Assembly: GCA_043725085.1 (NCBI GenBank)
Contig: JAYSLY010000046.1
Span: 1 to 51,595, forward strand
Reading direction: 5' to 3'
DNA length: 51,595 nucleotides
Origin: a bacterium
Lineage (GTDB): Bacteria; Patescibacteriota; Minisyncoccia; Moranbacterales; UBA2206
In this document: piece by piece, positions 26,350-34,994 of the stretch
Layout of the letters: every line of letters starts with the position of its first letter
How positions within the stretch are numbered: position 1 is the stretch's first letter
Program-made: the position numbers and the translations under genes
The notes under the pieces: model-generated
What the model was told of the DNA's origin: nothing
Seen by the model: the letters and a program-made list of their open reading frames with translations, nothing else
Databases searched by the model: none

Positions 26350-26504
26350 CGCCAAACTCTTGATAAAACCTCAAAAGGGAGGTGTATTTGTTTAAGCGTG
26401 CGCGAATGGGTCGGGTGGGTCAAGCACGCTTACCTTTTTATTATATTTTTTCTTAATTTTCCGCCGACCAATTTTTTCGCGGGAATTCTGATTTCGTTTT
26501 AATG

Positions 26505-26591
26505 CGGAGAGGGAGGGATTTGAACCCTCGAAGGGTTTTACCCCTTGCCACGTTAGCAGTGTGGTGCTTTCAGCCACTCAGCCACCTCTCC
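26505..26591 (-). tRNA. tRNA-Ser(GCT)
   Basis: GGAGAGG...CCTCTCC-G, long variable arm, anticodon loop CT GCT AA. Confidence 0.93.
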
Positions 26592-26742
26592 AATTTTTTT
26601 TATTCTATTGTAAAGGATACGATCACTCTCAGTCCTAGACTGATGGGTCTTCGGCCTGAATCTACATCTCCAAATGCCATAAATCTTAACTTTTAAATAC
26701 TACCAGCTGGATTGCTAATTGTAAACCCCGCGCATAGGCATC

Positions 26743-26772
26743 TGTAGGGATGGGGCATTGCCTCGTTTCTAT
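26743..26772. repeat. Degenerate GTAG-type REP
   Basis: TGTAGGGATGGGGCATTGCCTCGTTTCTAT, a diverged relative of 48723-48752. Confidence 0.65.
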
Positions 26773-26818
26773 CTAATGTGTTAATATGAATTAAAGTCGG
26801 CAATTTATTGGAAATTAA

Positions 26819-27409
26819 ATGTATATCGAAAATCACAATAAACATATTGAAAATGATGACGAGGAAGAGTTGCTTTTGGAGAAAAATCACAGGGAACCGG
26901 AAATGCTCGAAGCTCCTGCAAATGAAGAGCTGATAGCGCAACATTCTAAGGATACGCTGATGCATTGGAGTGCGCCGGAGTTTGAAATGTTCGAAAAAGA
27001 TAAAAAGCGTCTTTCCTATATCGCACTTGTTCTTTTGGTAATTATTGTTTATGCAACCTTTACCAATAATCCAATCATGGCGATTGTTTTTGTGCTCATC
27101 GGAATCGTCGCCTATATGCAGCTCAACAAGGAGCCGCGCATCTTGGATTTTCGCATTGTGCCCAAAGGAGTTTTGGCTGGCAATGAAATATACGAGTTTG
27201 AAAATATGCGTTCTTTTTGGATTTTTTATGATCCAAAGTATAAAAAAATAATCAGCTTGCACACCAAGAACTATCTTACACCCTTTGTGCATATTCCCGT
27301 TGAAAACGAAGACCCGGTGGAAATTCGCCGAATTTTGCTCAAATATATTCCGGAAATCAAACAAGAACATAATTTTGCCGAAATATTGGAAAGGTTTTTG
27401 GGAGTATGA
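26819..27409 (+). CDS. Hypothetical membrane protein (two TM helices plus soluble domain)
   Basis: 196 aa; W.APEF motif, TM hairpin, SFWIFY. Confidence 0.8.
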   Translation: MYIENHNKHIENDDEEELLLEKNHREPEMLEAPANEELIAQHSKDTLMHWSAPEFEMFEKDKKRLSYIALVLLVIIVYATFTNNPIMAIVFVLIGIVAYMQLNKEPRILDFRIVPKGVLAGNEIYEFENMRSFWIFYDPKYKKIISLHTKNYLTPFVHIPVENEDPVEIRRILLKYIPEIKQEHNFAEILERFLGV

Positions 27410-27433
27410 TGACGCTTTTTACTTTTTAGATTT

Positions 27434-27507
27434 CGGGCTGTAGTATGCCGGTAGTACGCGTCCATGGGGTGGATGTAGACCGAGTTCGATTCTCGGCAGC
27501 CCGACCA
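27434..27507 (+). tRNA. tRNA-Pro(GGG)
   Basis: CGGGCTG...CAGCCCG-A-CCA; anticodon arm CGTCC AT GGG GT GGATG. Confidence 0.92.
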
Positions 27508-27551
27508 GGATAGCAGGGGGGGGCAGAAAAACGATCTAACCGGATAAAATC

Positions 27552-28157
27552 ATGGATCTCTCAAATTTTTCAGGCGCTTTTGATTGGATTATCCAGCATG
27601 GGTATTTTTTGATGTTTGTTATCATGCTTATTGAAGGTCCGGTGATCACGGCTGCGGCCGCTTTTGCTGTGGCCTTAGGTTATTTTGATGGTTGGTTAGT
27701 TTTCTTGCTTTCTATTTTGGGCAACCTGATTCCGGATGTGATCTATTACGCCTTGGGTTATTGGGGACGAGAAAGATTAGTCAATAAATATGCGCACCTT
27801 TTCGGTTTGCCGCACGACAGGATAGTTTATTTGGAAAATCTTTCTCGGCGGCACGCAGGAAAAGCGATGACTCTGATTAAGCTAGTTCCGCTTTTAGCAA
27901 CCCCTGGACTGATTATCGCTGGAGCGATCAAAATGCCACTTAGGAAATATATTAATTGGTGCATAATTCTCACCATTCCCTCTTCACTTTTTTTCTATCT
28001 CATCGGCTACTATTTTGGAGCTGCCTATGATAAAATAAATCACTACCTTAATCTGGGAGGACTAGCGCTAATTTTAATGCTAATTCTTTTCGTCTCGGCA
28101 TCTTATGGCTATGGAAAACTGACCGCCAGATTTGCCAAGAAAATCGATAAATCATAA
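27552..28157 (+). CDS. DedA/VTT family membrane protein (paralog of 13898-14506)
   Basis: HGYFLMF..MLIEGP, GNLIPD..YY.LG and AGAIKMP motifs. Confidence 0.9.
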   Translation: MDLSNFSGAFDWIIQHGYFLMFVIMLIEGPVITAAAAFAVALGYFDGWLVFLLSILGNLIPDVIYYALGYWGRERLVNKYAHLFGLPHDRIVYLENLSRRHAGKAMTLIKLVPLLATPGLIIAGAIKMPLRKYINWCIILTIPSSLFFYLIGYYFGAAYDKINHYLNLGGLALILMLILFVSASYGYGKLTARFAKKIDKS

Positions 28158-28192
28158 TAGACGCTTACGCGTTTTTTGGAAAAATAAAACAT

Positions 28193-29386
28193 ATGCGTAT
28201 TGCCATTTTTTGTGACAACTTTTATCCGGAACTGAGTGGGATTTCTGATTCCATTATCGCTTCTGCGCGAGAACTGGCGAAATGTGGCCACACCGTTCGC
28301 TTTTTTGTGCCGGGCTATTCCGAAAAAGATTTCAAGATGGGCGGGATCAACTCTAAGAGAGAAATTGATTTGGATAATGGCATTGAAATTACGCGCTTTT
28401 TTGCCGTTCCCTATCCCACGCCAACTAAGCAAGGACGAATGGTTATTCCGACTGGTTTGCGCTGGATGGCCATCAAAAAATTCAGACCGGATGTGATTCA
28501 TTCTCATCTTTTTTTTGGTGTCGGGCTAGAAGCAATGCTCGCGGCAAAAATACTCAAGGTGCCTTTTTTGGGAACCAATCACACAGCAATTACGCAGTAT
28601 GTGAAATATGCGCCAGTGAGAGGTGAGTGGGTGGAGCGGTTTAGTCTGAAATATGTCAATTGGTATTATGGCAAGTGCCAGCTCACGACTTCTCCGTCAA
28701 AACTGCTGCTTGATGAGATGAAAAAAAATGGCTTCAAAGGGAGGCACGAAATGGTCTATAATCCGGTTGACATGAAAACTTTTAATCTTAATGCCGATCA
28801 CAACAAAGCTGAATTAAAAGAAAAGTTTAAATTAAACAACAAGGTGATTGTTTATGCCGGAAGATTCGCACCAGAAAAAAATATTGATGTTATCGTGCGT
28901 GCCATTGCTCTGGCTAAAGAAAAAATTCCCGACATCACTTTAGCTATGGCAGGTCATGGCGCCTATTTTGAGGAGATAAACAAATTAGCTCTAAAACTTG
29001 GTCTTCAGAAAAACATTAAGTTTTTTGGGACGCTTAGTCATTTTGAACTAGCTGATCTTTACCGAGCTTCAGATGTTTTTTCCATAACGAGTACGTCAGA
29101 AATTCAGAGCATGACACTTATTCAGGCTATGGCTTGCGGGTTGCCAACAGTCGGGGTGAGAGCAAGAGGTTTTGAATACATCGGAGAAAATGGTATCCTT
29201 GTGGAACCGGGGGATTCAAAAGCGCTTGCCCAAAAATTTGTCTTACTCTTGGAAAATGCGGAGCTGAGAAATGATTTGTCTAGGCGTTCATTGGAATTCG
29301 CGCAAAAATTATCCGACAGAAATATTGCACTTTTATGGGAAAAAATTTATGCACGAGAAATTAATATGTTCAAGGTAAAAATATGA
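28193..29386 (+). CDS. GT4 glycosyltransferase, diacylglycerol glucosyltransferase-like
   Basis: IAIFCDNFYPELSGI, TNHT...Y, GRFAPEKN, STSEIQSM...AMACGLP. Confidence 0.88.
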   Translation: MRIAIFCDNFYPELSGISDSIIASARELAKCGHTVRFFVPGYSEKDFKMGGINSKREIDLDNGIEITRFFAVPYPTPTKQGRMVIPTGLRWMAIKKFRPDVIHSHLFFGVGLEAMLAAKILKVPFLGTNHTAITQYVKYAPVRGEWVERFSLKYVNWYYGKCQLTTSPSKLLLDEMKKNGFKGRHEMVYNPVDMKTFNLNADHNKAELKEKFKLNNKVIVYAGRFAPEKNIDVIVRAIALAKEKIPDITLAMAGHGAYFEEINKLALKLGLQKNIKFFGTLSHFELADLYRASDVFSITSTSEIQSMTLIQAMACGLPTVGVRARGFEYIGENGILVEPGDSKALAQKFVLLLENAELRNDLSRRSLEFAQKLSDRNIALLWEKIYAREINMFKVKI

Positions 29387-30117
29387 AAATTAGTTTTGTT
29401 GTTCCGGCCTACAATGAAGAAAAATATATCGGAAAATGTTTGGAATCAATTTTGCGTGAGATAGCTCGCAGTAAGGTGGATGCGGAAGTTATTGCTGTGA
29501 ATAATGCCAGCACTGACAAAACACGAGAAGTGATCCTGGCTCGCCCGGGCGTTTTGCTCGTGGACGAATTACGAAAAGGTCTATCACAAGCACGTCAAGC
29601 CGGCTTTATTGCCTCCTCAGGAGAAATTATTGCCAACATTGATGCGGATAGCATTTTGGCCCCAGGTTGGATCGAGAAAGCAATGAGAGAATTTTCCAAA
29701 AATAAAAAACTGGTCGCGCTGAGTGGACCATATATCTATTATGACAGGTCATTATGGGTCAACTTCCTCGTTTGGGCGTATTACCTAATAGGCTATGTCG
29801 GGCATCTCTTTAATCACTATATTTTAAGAAAAGGTGCAATGCTCCAGGGCGGCAACTTTGTGCTTAGGCGCAGTGCATTGGAGAAGGTTGGTGGGTTTGA
29901 TGTGCGAATTGGTTTTTATGGTGAAGATACTGATATTGCTAAACGCATTCAAAAAATCGGACAGGCCAAATTTTCCTTTTTCTTTCCGATGCGAACTTCT
30001 GCCAGGAGGTTTTCCGGAGAGGGTCTGATTTTTACTGCCATTCGATACGGAATTAATCATTTTTGGGTAATTATTTTTAATAAACCTTTTTCTAAGGAAT
30101 ATAAAGACATAAGATAA
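29383..30117 (+). CDS. GT2 glycosyltransferase
   Basis: SFVVPAYNEE, NNASTD, IDAD, GGFD..GED, TSARR. Confidence 0.92.
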   Translation: MKISFVVPAYNEEKYIGKCLESILREIARSKVDAEVIAVNNASTDKTREVILARPGVLLVDELRKGLSQARQAGFIASSGEIIANIDADSILAPGWIEKAMREFSKNKKLVALSGPYIYYDRSLWVNFLVWAYYLIGYVGHLFNHYILRKGAMLQGGNFVLRRSALEKVGGFDVRIGFYGEDTDIAKRIQKIGQAKFSFFFPMRTSARRFSGEGLIFTAIRYGINHFWVIIFNKPFSKEYKDIR

Positions 30118-30125
30118 GAAAATAA

Positions 30126-30794
30126 ATGCTTGAGCTCAAGGAAATATTTCTCAAAAATAAACAATATTGGAAGCATAAGGATGTGTCCCAGTCAATTTTT
30201 GTGGGCAGCCTGTTTTTTGTCGTTAGTATCATTATCAATCATTTCACTTCGCTTTATGTCGACAAAAGCGCCAGCAGTCATGTCACTGACATTCTTTTAG
30301 ATAATCTGCCAGTAGTAAGTGTGAATTTTATTGTTAATGAAGTAGCCTGGGTTTTTATCTGGCTGGCAGTTTTATTGCTTCTGATTAAACCGCAAAGAAT
30401 TCCCTATGTGCTGAAAAATGTAGCGTTATTTATTTTTGTCCGCTCGATCTTTATTTCTCTTACGCATCTTGGACCTATCCCGGATCATTCTTTTCTCAAC
30501 CGACATGACCTGTTGACCAATATTGCTTCAGGCAATGATATGTTTTTTTCCGGTCACACTGGCATGCCCTTTCTCTTAGCTTTGATTTTTTGGGAAAACA
30601 AGGTCTTACGCTATATTTTTCTGTTTGGTTCGTTTTTGTTTGGTGTGAGTATGATTTTGGGGCATCTGCACTACTCGATTGATGTCGCTGCCGCCTTTTT
30701 TATCACACACAGTCTTTATCGCATCGGCCTGAAGCTATTTAGCGCTGATTATAAACTTTTTCATAAGGCGGAGTTAGAAGAAGTTAAGGTCTAA
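30126..30794 (+). CDS. PAP2-superfamily, sphingomyelin/IPC-synthase-like membrane phosphotransferase
   Basis: About 6 TM helices; NDMFFSGHT and HLHYSIDV.AA match the D3 (DxxxSGHT) and D4 (HYTxDV) motifs. Confidence 0.8.
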   Translation: MLELKEIFLKNKQYWKHKDVSQSIFVGSLFFVVSIIINHFTSLYVDKSASSHVTDILLDNLPVVSVNFIVNEVAWVFIWLAVLLLLIKPQRIPYVLKNVALFIFVRSIFISLTHLGPIPDHSFLNRHDLLTNIASGNDMFFSGHTGMPFLLALIFWENKVLRYIFLFGSFLFGVSMILGHLHYSIDVAAAFFITHSLYRIGLKLFSADYKLFHKAELEEVKV

Positions 30795-31546
30795 ATCTTT
30801 TGCCTGGCAATGATTGCGCCAAAAACCTCTTTTGCTCCAGCTGCTTTTAGTGTTTTTGCACACTCAAATAGTGTCGCTCCGGTGGTGGCAACATCATCAA
30901 CAAGGAGAATCCTTTTGCTTTTGATTATTTTTTGCGCTTGCGGAAGAATAGCAAACGCATCATGAAGATTATTCAGTCTTTCCTGATAGTTTTTGATTTT
31001 CATCTGAACTCTGGTTTTCTTTTGGCGAAAAACCAAATCATTGCGAACCGGAAGAGGAAGGCCCGGAGTCAAATTTTGGCTGATCGCTAAAGCTAAAATT
31101 TCCGCTTGATTGAATCCGCGCCATTTCAACTTGCGCTTGTGAATGGGGATGGGGATAATAAAATCAGGCAAGGGGAGATCATTTTTTCGCAGAATTCTTG
31201 CGATTATCTCTCCAAGTGGTATGCCAAGGTCAAAAACGAAGCTATATTTGAATAAATGGACCAATTTGGAAACTTTTTGATAATCCGTGGCGCAAATAAG
31301 CGCATCCAAAGCTAGGGAAGTTTCTTTTTCGAATCGGAATCTTTTGCATTTTTCGCAAATGGAGCCGTTTTGGGTGATTTCTTTTTCACAATAGGGGCAA
31401 AGCTGAAAAGAAAGCAGTGGAAATTCACCCACACACTCATCACAAAGCCAAACAGCTTTTTTCTGGCAAGCAAGGCATGCGATGGGGAAAAGAGCGTCAA
31501 GGAAAAAAGTGTTTACCTTTTCTAATTTAGAAAGTAATTGTTTGAT
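30791..31546 (-). CDS. comF: ComF family competence protein (zinc ribbon + PRTase)
   Basis: KY, IPIPIH..K.KWRGFNQ, LLVDDVATTGATL. The frame stays open upstream of GTG 31432 through LFPIACLAC..LCDEC; start uncertain, ATC 31546 proposed. Confidence 0.88.
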   Translation of the reverse strand: MKQLLSKLEKVNTFFLDALFPIACLACQKKAVWLCDECVGEFPLLSFQLCPYCEKEITQNGSICEKCKRFRFEKETSLALDALICATDYQKVSKLVHLFKYSFVFDLGIPLGEIIARILRKNDLPLPDFIIPIPIHKRKLKWRGFNQAEILALAISQNLTPGLPLPVRNDLVFRQKKTRVQMKIKNYQERLNNLHDAFAILPQAQKIIKSKRILLVDDVATTGATLFECAKTLKAAGAKEVFGAIIARQKI

Positions 31547-31600
31547 GGTTTTGCTATTATTTGTTACTTCGTGGGTTGTGTTGCAGTTTTAGTGAAGCTC

Positions 31601-31630
31601 GCCTTCGCTAAAGCTACGGCGTAGCGAAGG
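31601..31630. repeat. REP-like palindrome CCTTCGCTA..TAGCGAAGG
   Basis: Shares the exact 17-mer CTACGGCGTAGCGAAGG (31614-31630) with 20354-20370. Confidence 0.75.
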
Positions 31631-31806
31631 TGAATTGATATTTTTAGTTTATTTTTTCCAAGAGTGATTGTCAATTGTTTGAGTTTGTGGTAATATATTG
31701 ATATCAAGTTTGTTTTCAATTGTCGCGTTGTTTTTAGTGTCTTATTTTTATTTATAACTTCCCAGTTAAATAATCCAATCACGGAATTTAACAGGGCAAA
31801 ACAAAT

Positions 31807-32250
31807 ATGGAAAGAAAAAAAGTGTTCATCCTTATCTTCGCCCTCGTAGTCCTCGTCGGAGGAATCTTCTTGGTTGCAAGAAATATCAGCAACAAAAGCA
31901 AAACAACCGATAGCAGCCTTCCTTCTCAACAAACTCCCAGCACTAACGCAAAAAAGGAGCCAGCTAATCTTTTTGGCCAAGACACGCCTAATAGTAAGAC
32001 AACCGCAGCTGACGTTACCGGCACAGTAGACACTATTGTCGAAAAAACTCTAACCATCAAAACACAAAAAGACTCTGTCGCAGTCAACATCAACGGTGCT
32101 ACCCCAGTTATGCTGCAAGTCGGCAATACTCCCGCCAAAGTCGGTCAACTGGCTGATCTAAAAAAAGAAGACTCTGTCAAAATAACCTATGACTCAGTTA
32201 CCTTGAATGCTCAACTTATTCTTATTGTGAGGGCGCAGGAGAAAAAGTAG
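31807..32250 (+). CDS. Membrane-anchored hypothetical protein with a small OB-like domain
   Basis: N-terminal TM, S/T/P linker, GTV..I..KTLTI...LADLK..D.V.I. Confidence 0.75.
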   Translation: MERKKVFILIFALVVLVGGIFLVARNISNKSKTTDSSLPSQQTPSTNAKKEPANLFGQDTPNSKTTAADVTGTVDTIVEKTLTIKTQKDSVAVNINGATPVMLQVGNTPAKVGQLADLKKEDSVKITYDSVTLNAQLILIVRAQEKK

Positions 32251-32415
32251 TATATTATAGAGATGAAAAATTCTGGCTGGTCTAATAGTTTTTGCGCTTG
32301 TTTCATGCGACTAGCTCTTGTGGTTGTTTCTTTGAGAGTGTGGTATGATAAACTTGTTCAAGGCGCAAGCGGTTGAGGGCAAATAAAAAATAAAAAAGAA
32401 TAATCTAATCTAGCA

Positions 32416-33522
32416 ATGTTTGATTTTAATTTCAAAAAAAATGTATTTCTGGGTGTTGACATTGGGACAGCATCGATCAAAATCGTAGAGATCAAAATAA
32501 TTGACGAAAAGCCAGTGCTGTCTAATTATGCCTGGATGCCACTAGTTGGAGATAGCCCGGGAAAAAGAGATGCTGATTCCGAATATTTTTTTGCTACATT
32601 GCCGGTTTGTCTCAAAAAAATCATCAAAAAAGCAAAATTCAGCGGGAACAATGCCTATGTTTCTTTGCCGTCTTTTGGGGGGTTGATTACACTGATTGAT
32701 TTTCCCGAAATGGCGGATGCTGATATGGATCAAGCTATTAAATTTGAAGCGCATAAATATATCCCAACATCCCTAGACGATGTGGTAATCAGTTGGGATG
32801 TGGTGGAAAGAATAGCCGCGCCAAAAAATTCGGAGGTGGCTTCCGACCAAGCAAAGTGCGTCCCTGGTTCGGCAGTAAAAGTGCTCTTAGTTGCGGCTTC
32901 GAAAAGCAAGATTATTCGATATGAAAGTCTGATTAAATCTGTTGGCCTAAAACTCAATTCGATTAATATTGAAGCTTTTTCCGCGGTACGCTCACTCATT
33001 GGCAATGATCCGGGCAGTTTTATTATTGTCGACATTGGCGCCAGGATTTGCAATATTATTCTCGTAGAGAAAGGCGTGATTAGGAGTAATAGAAATATTG
33101 ATGCCGGAGGGCTGGATATGACAAAAACAATTGCCAAGGGAATGCTTATTGACAATAAAAGAGCGGAAGAGTTGAAAGTTTCCGGTAAGAACTTTTTTGC
33201 CCCCGATTCGCCAATCAGCTTTTTCACATTGGAACTGATTATGGGCGAGGTGGAGAGAATTATTCGTGCATACTACAAGGCAGATGGAAGGAGTAGTGTT
33301 GGGGAGATTATTCTTTCCGGCGGAACGGCAAATATGACAGGTCTCACGGATTATTTTTTTAATAAGCTAAAAATAAAAACAGTCGTTGGAAATCCTTTTG
33401 CCAGAATCGCCTATGATAGCAGATTGGAAAAATCAGTTGCCAAGATGCGTACCGGTTTTTCTGTTGCAGTCGGTTCAGCACTGAAAGGCGTTGAAGAATA
33501 TTTGAAAAAAGAGACAAAATAA
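32416..33522 (+). CDS. pilM: Type IV pilus assembly protein PilM (second copy)
   Basis: LGVDIGTASIKIVE, EAHKYIP, IVDIGA, ILSGGTA, AVGSAL. Confidence 0.93.
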   Translation: MFDFNFKKNVFLGVDIGTASIKIVEIKIIDEKPVLSNYAWMPLVGDSPGKRDADSEYFFATLPVCLKKIIKKAKFSGNNAYVSLPSFGGLITLIDFPEMADADMDQAIKFEAHKYIPTSLDDVVISWDVVERIAAPKNSEVASDQAKCVPGSAVKVLLVAASKSKIIRYESLIKSVGLKLNSINIEAFSAVRSLIGNDPGSFIIVDIGARICNIILVEKGVIRSNRNIDAGGLDMTKTIAKGMLIDNKRAEELKVSGKNFFAPDSPISFFTLELIMGEVERIIRAYYKADGRSSVGEIILSGGTANMTGLTDYFFNKLKIKTVVGNPFARIAYDSRLEKSVAKMRTGFSVAVGSALKGVEEYLKKETK

Positions 33523-33599
33523 ACCCATTCTTCATCGCTTGCTTGCTTTTAAAGTTAATTTTTTTCGTAAAATCGCTAAGCATACAAAATTAAAAAATA

Positions 33600-33669
33600 T
33601 ATAATTTAATAAAATACTCCTCGCGCAAGTCGCAAATGCGAACAAAAAAAGCAGCGGGGGATAAACAAA
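33600..33669 (+). promoter_or_regulatory. Promoter + leader motif shared with pilC (38294-38344)
   Basis: TATAAT-11nt-CTCCT...AAAAAAG..GCGGGGGATAAA before the ATG. Confidence 0.6.
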
Positions 33670-34182
33670 ATGGCAAATATAAATTTGATCACCAGTAAGG
33701 AAGAAAGTAATTCCCTCGGAACAGGCATTGGCGCTCTTTTTGCGCTACTCCTGGTAGTCGCCCTGATCTACGTCGGCTTGCTTTTCTATGGAAATAAGCT
33801 GGTGGATGATGCTAATAAGTCGGCGAAAGAATATGAAAGCAAGCTTAACAATTTTATTGCCGGAGATGCGAAAAGAGTTCTTGATTTTCAAAATAGACTT
33901 TCGATTTCCAAAGTTCTTTTAGCTCAAGAGCGGGATAGCGGCAAGGATATCGGGAAGGTGGAAGATGCTATGATTACCGGAGTCAATCTGGGTTCCTATA
34001 AATATGATGATGCATCAAAATCTATTACGCTTGATTGTTATGCGGATAACTATGAAACGGTGGCCAAACAAATCTTAAGCTTTAAGAGTTACGACTATTT
34101 TTCTTCTGTTTTTGCGGGAGAAACCAAGTTTGACACAAAAAGTAATAAAATTAGTTTCCCGGTCGTTTTAACAATTAAATAA
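33670..34182 (+). CDS. pilN: PilN-like protein
   Basis: NINL motif, one TM, follows pilM. Confidence 0.7.
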   Translation: MANINLITSKEESNSLGTGIGALFALLLVVALIYVGLLFYGNKLVDDANKSAKEYESKLNNFIAGDAKRVLDFQNRLSISKVLLAQERDSGKDIGKVEDAMITGVNLGSYKYDDASKSITLDCYADNYETVAKQILSFKSYDYFSSVFAGETKFDTKSNKISFPVVLTIK

Positions 34183-34187
34183 AAAAT

Positions 34188-34994
34188 ATGAAAATAAAAA
34201 TATTACTTGCCCCGTCACTTATCATAATAACCATAACAATGCTCATCTGGCTTGTTTATCCTGCCTATACTAATGGAATTGATGGTGTTAAAGAAAAAAG
34301 ACAAAAATTAGCAGACCAGCGGAATCTGATGAATAGACTTGATAGCAATGTTGGTAATGTGGAAAAGCTTACGGCTGATTTAGGCGCCAATTCTATTGAT
34401 AATGCTGTCGTTTTTAGTTATCTTCCGGAGAATAAGGAAGAGGAAAAAATTATTGATAATCTCAATTCTTTAGCAAAAGACAGCACCTTGTCGGTACTTA
34501 ATATTTCTGTTGTTGAGCCAAAAGTGTTAGATGTGATTGCTACTACGGAGACTGGTCTTTCTGCTGTCCCGCTTCCAGGGCTCAACCCGAATGCAAATGC
34601 GCAAACTTTGACTCCGGCTGAAACCACCAAGGCTGATTTGAGGAAACTATCGGTGACACTGTCAGTTATTGGTGATTATTCAAACATAAAGAGTTTGTTG
34701 GGAAAAATTCAAAGGTTAAAAAGATTCAACAAAATTTCAACCTTAGAGATAAAGACGCTGCTCAAAGAAGATCAAAGTATCAGTGATTCTTTGCAGGCTA
34801 ATGCAACGCTGGAATTTGATTATCTTAATATGCCAAGCCAATTAATGAAAGGGGATATTAATAATGCCGTTTTTGCTAACGGTGTCTTTGATAAACAAGT
34901 GATGGCGGAGATAAAAAATAGTAGAAGTATAAATGTCAATAATGTTTCGCCGGGACAAAAAGGCGGAAATAATCCTTTTGTTATCGCAAAATAA
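34188..34994 (+). CDS. pilO: PilO-like protein
   Basis: TM, coiled coil, YLP, GDYSNIK.LL.KI..LKR. Confidence 0.75.
   Translation: MKIKILLAPSLIIITITMLIWLVYPAYTNGIDGVKEKRQKLADQRNLMNRLDSNVGNVEKLTADLGANSIDNAVVFSYLPENKEEEKIIDNLNSLAKDSTLSVLNISVVEPKVLDVIATTETGLSAVPLPGLNPNANAQTLTPAETTKADLRKLSVTLSVIGDYSNIKSLLGKIQRLKRFNKISTLEIKTLLKEDQSISDSLQANATLEFDYLNMPSQLMKGDINNAVFANGVFDKQVMAEIKNSRSINVNNVSPGQKGGNNPFVIAK

Larger units (their letters stand above)
20370..26515. mobile_element. Putative integrase-less genomic island at the 3' end of tRNA-Ser(GCT)
   Basis: 12-bp direct repeat GCGGAGAGGGAG at 20370-20381 and 26504-26515 (tRNA 3' end); contains an IS remnant and accessory genes. Confidence 0.6.

Noticed and set aside
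20370-26515. Island as a prophage or diversity-generating retroelement
   Set aside because: No phage structural genes, integrase, reverse transcriptase or TR/VR pair is visible.
26629-26671. Small palindrome TCAGTCCTAGACTGA within a possible degenerate tRNA-Ser 5' fragment
   Set aside because: The similarity is too short and there is no second copy in the window.
26392-26696. ORFs 26392-26577 and 26502-26696
   Set aside because: They are sense and antisense readings of tRNA-Ser(GCT).
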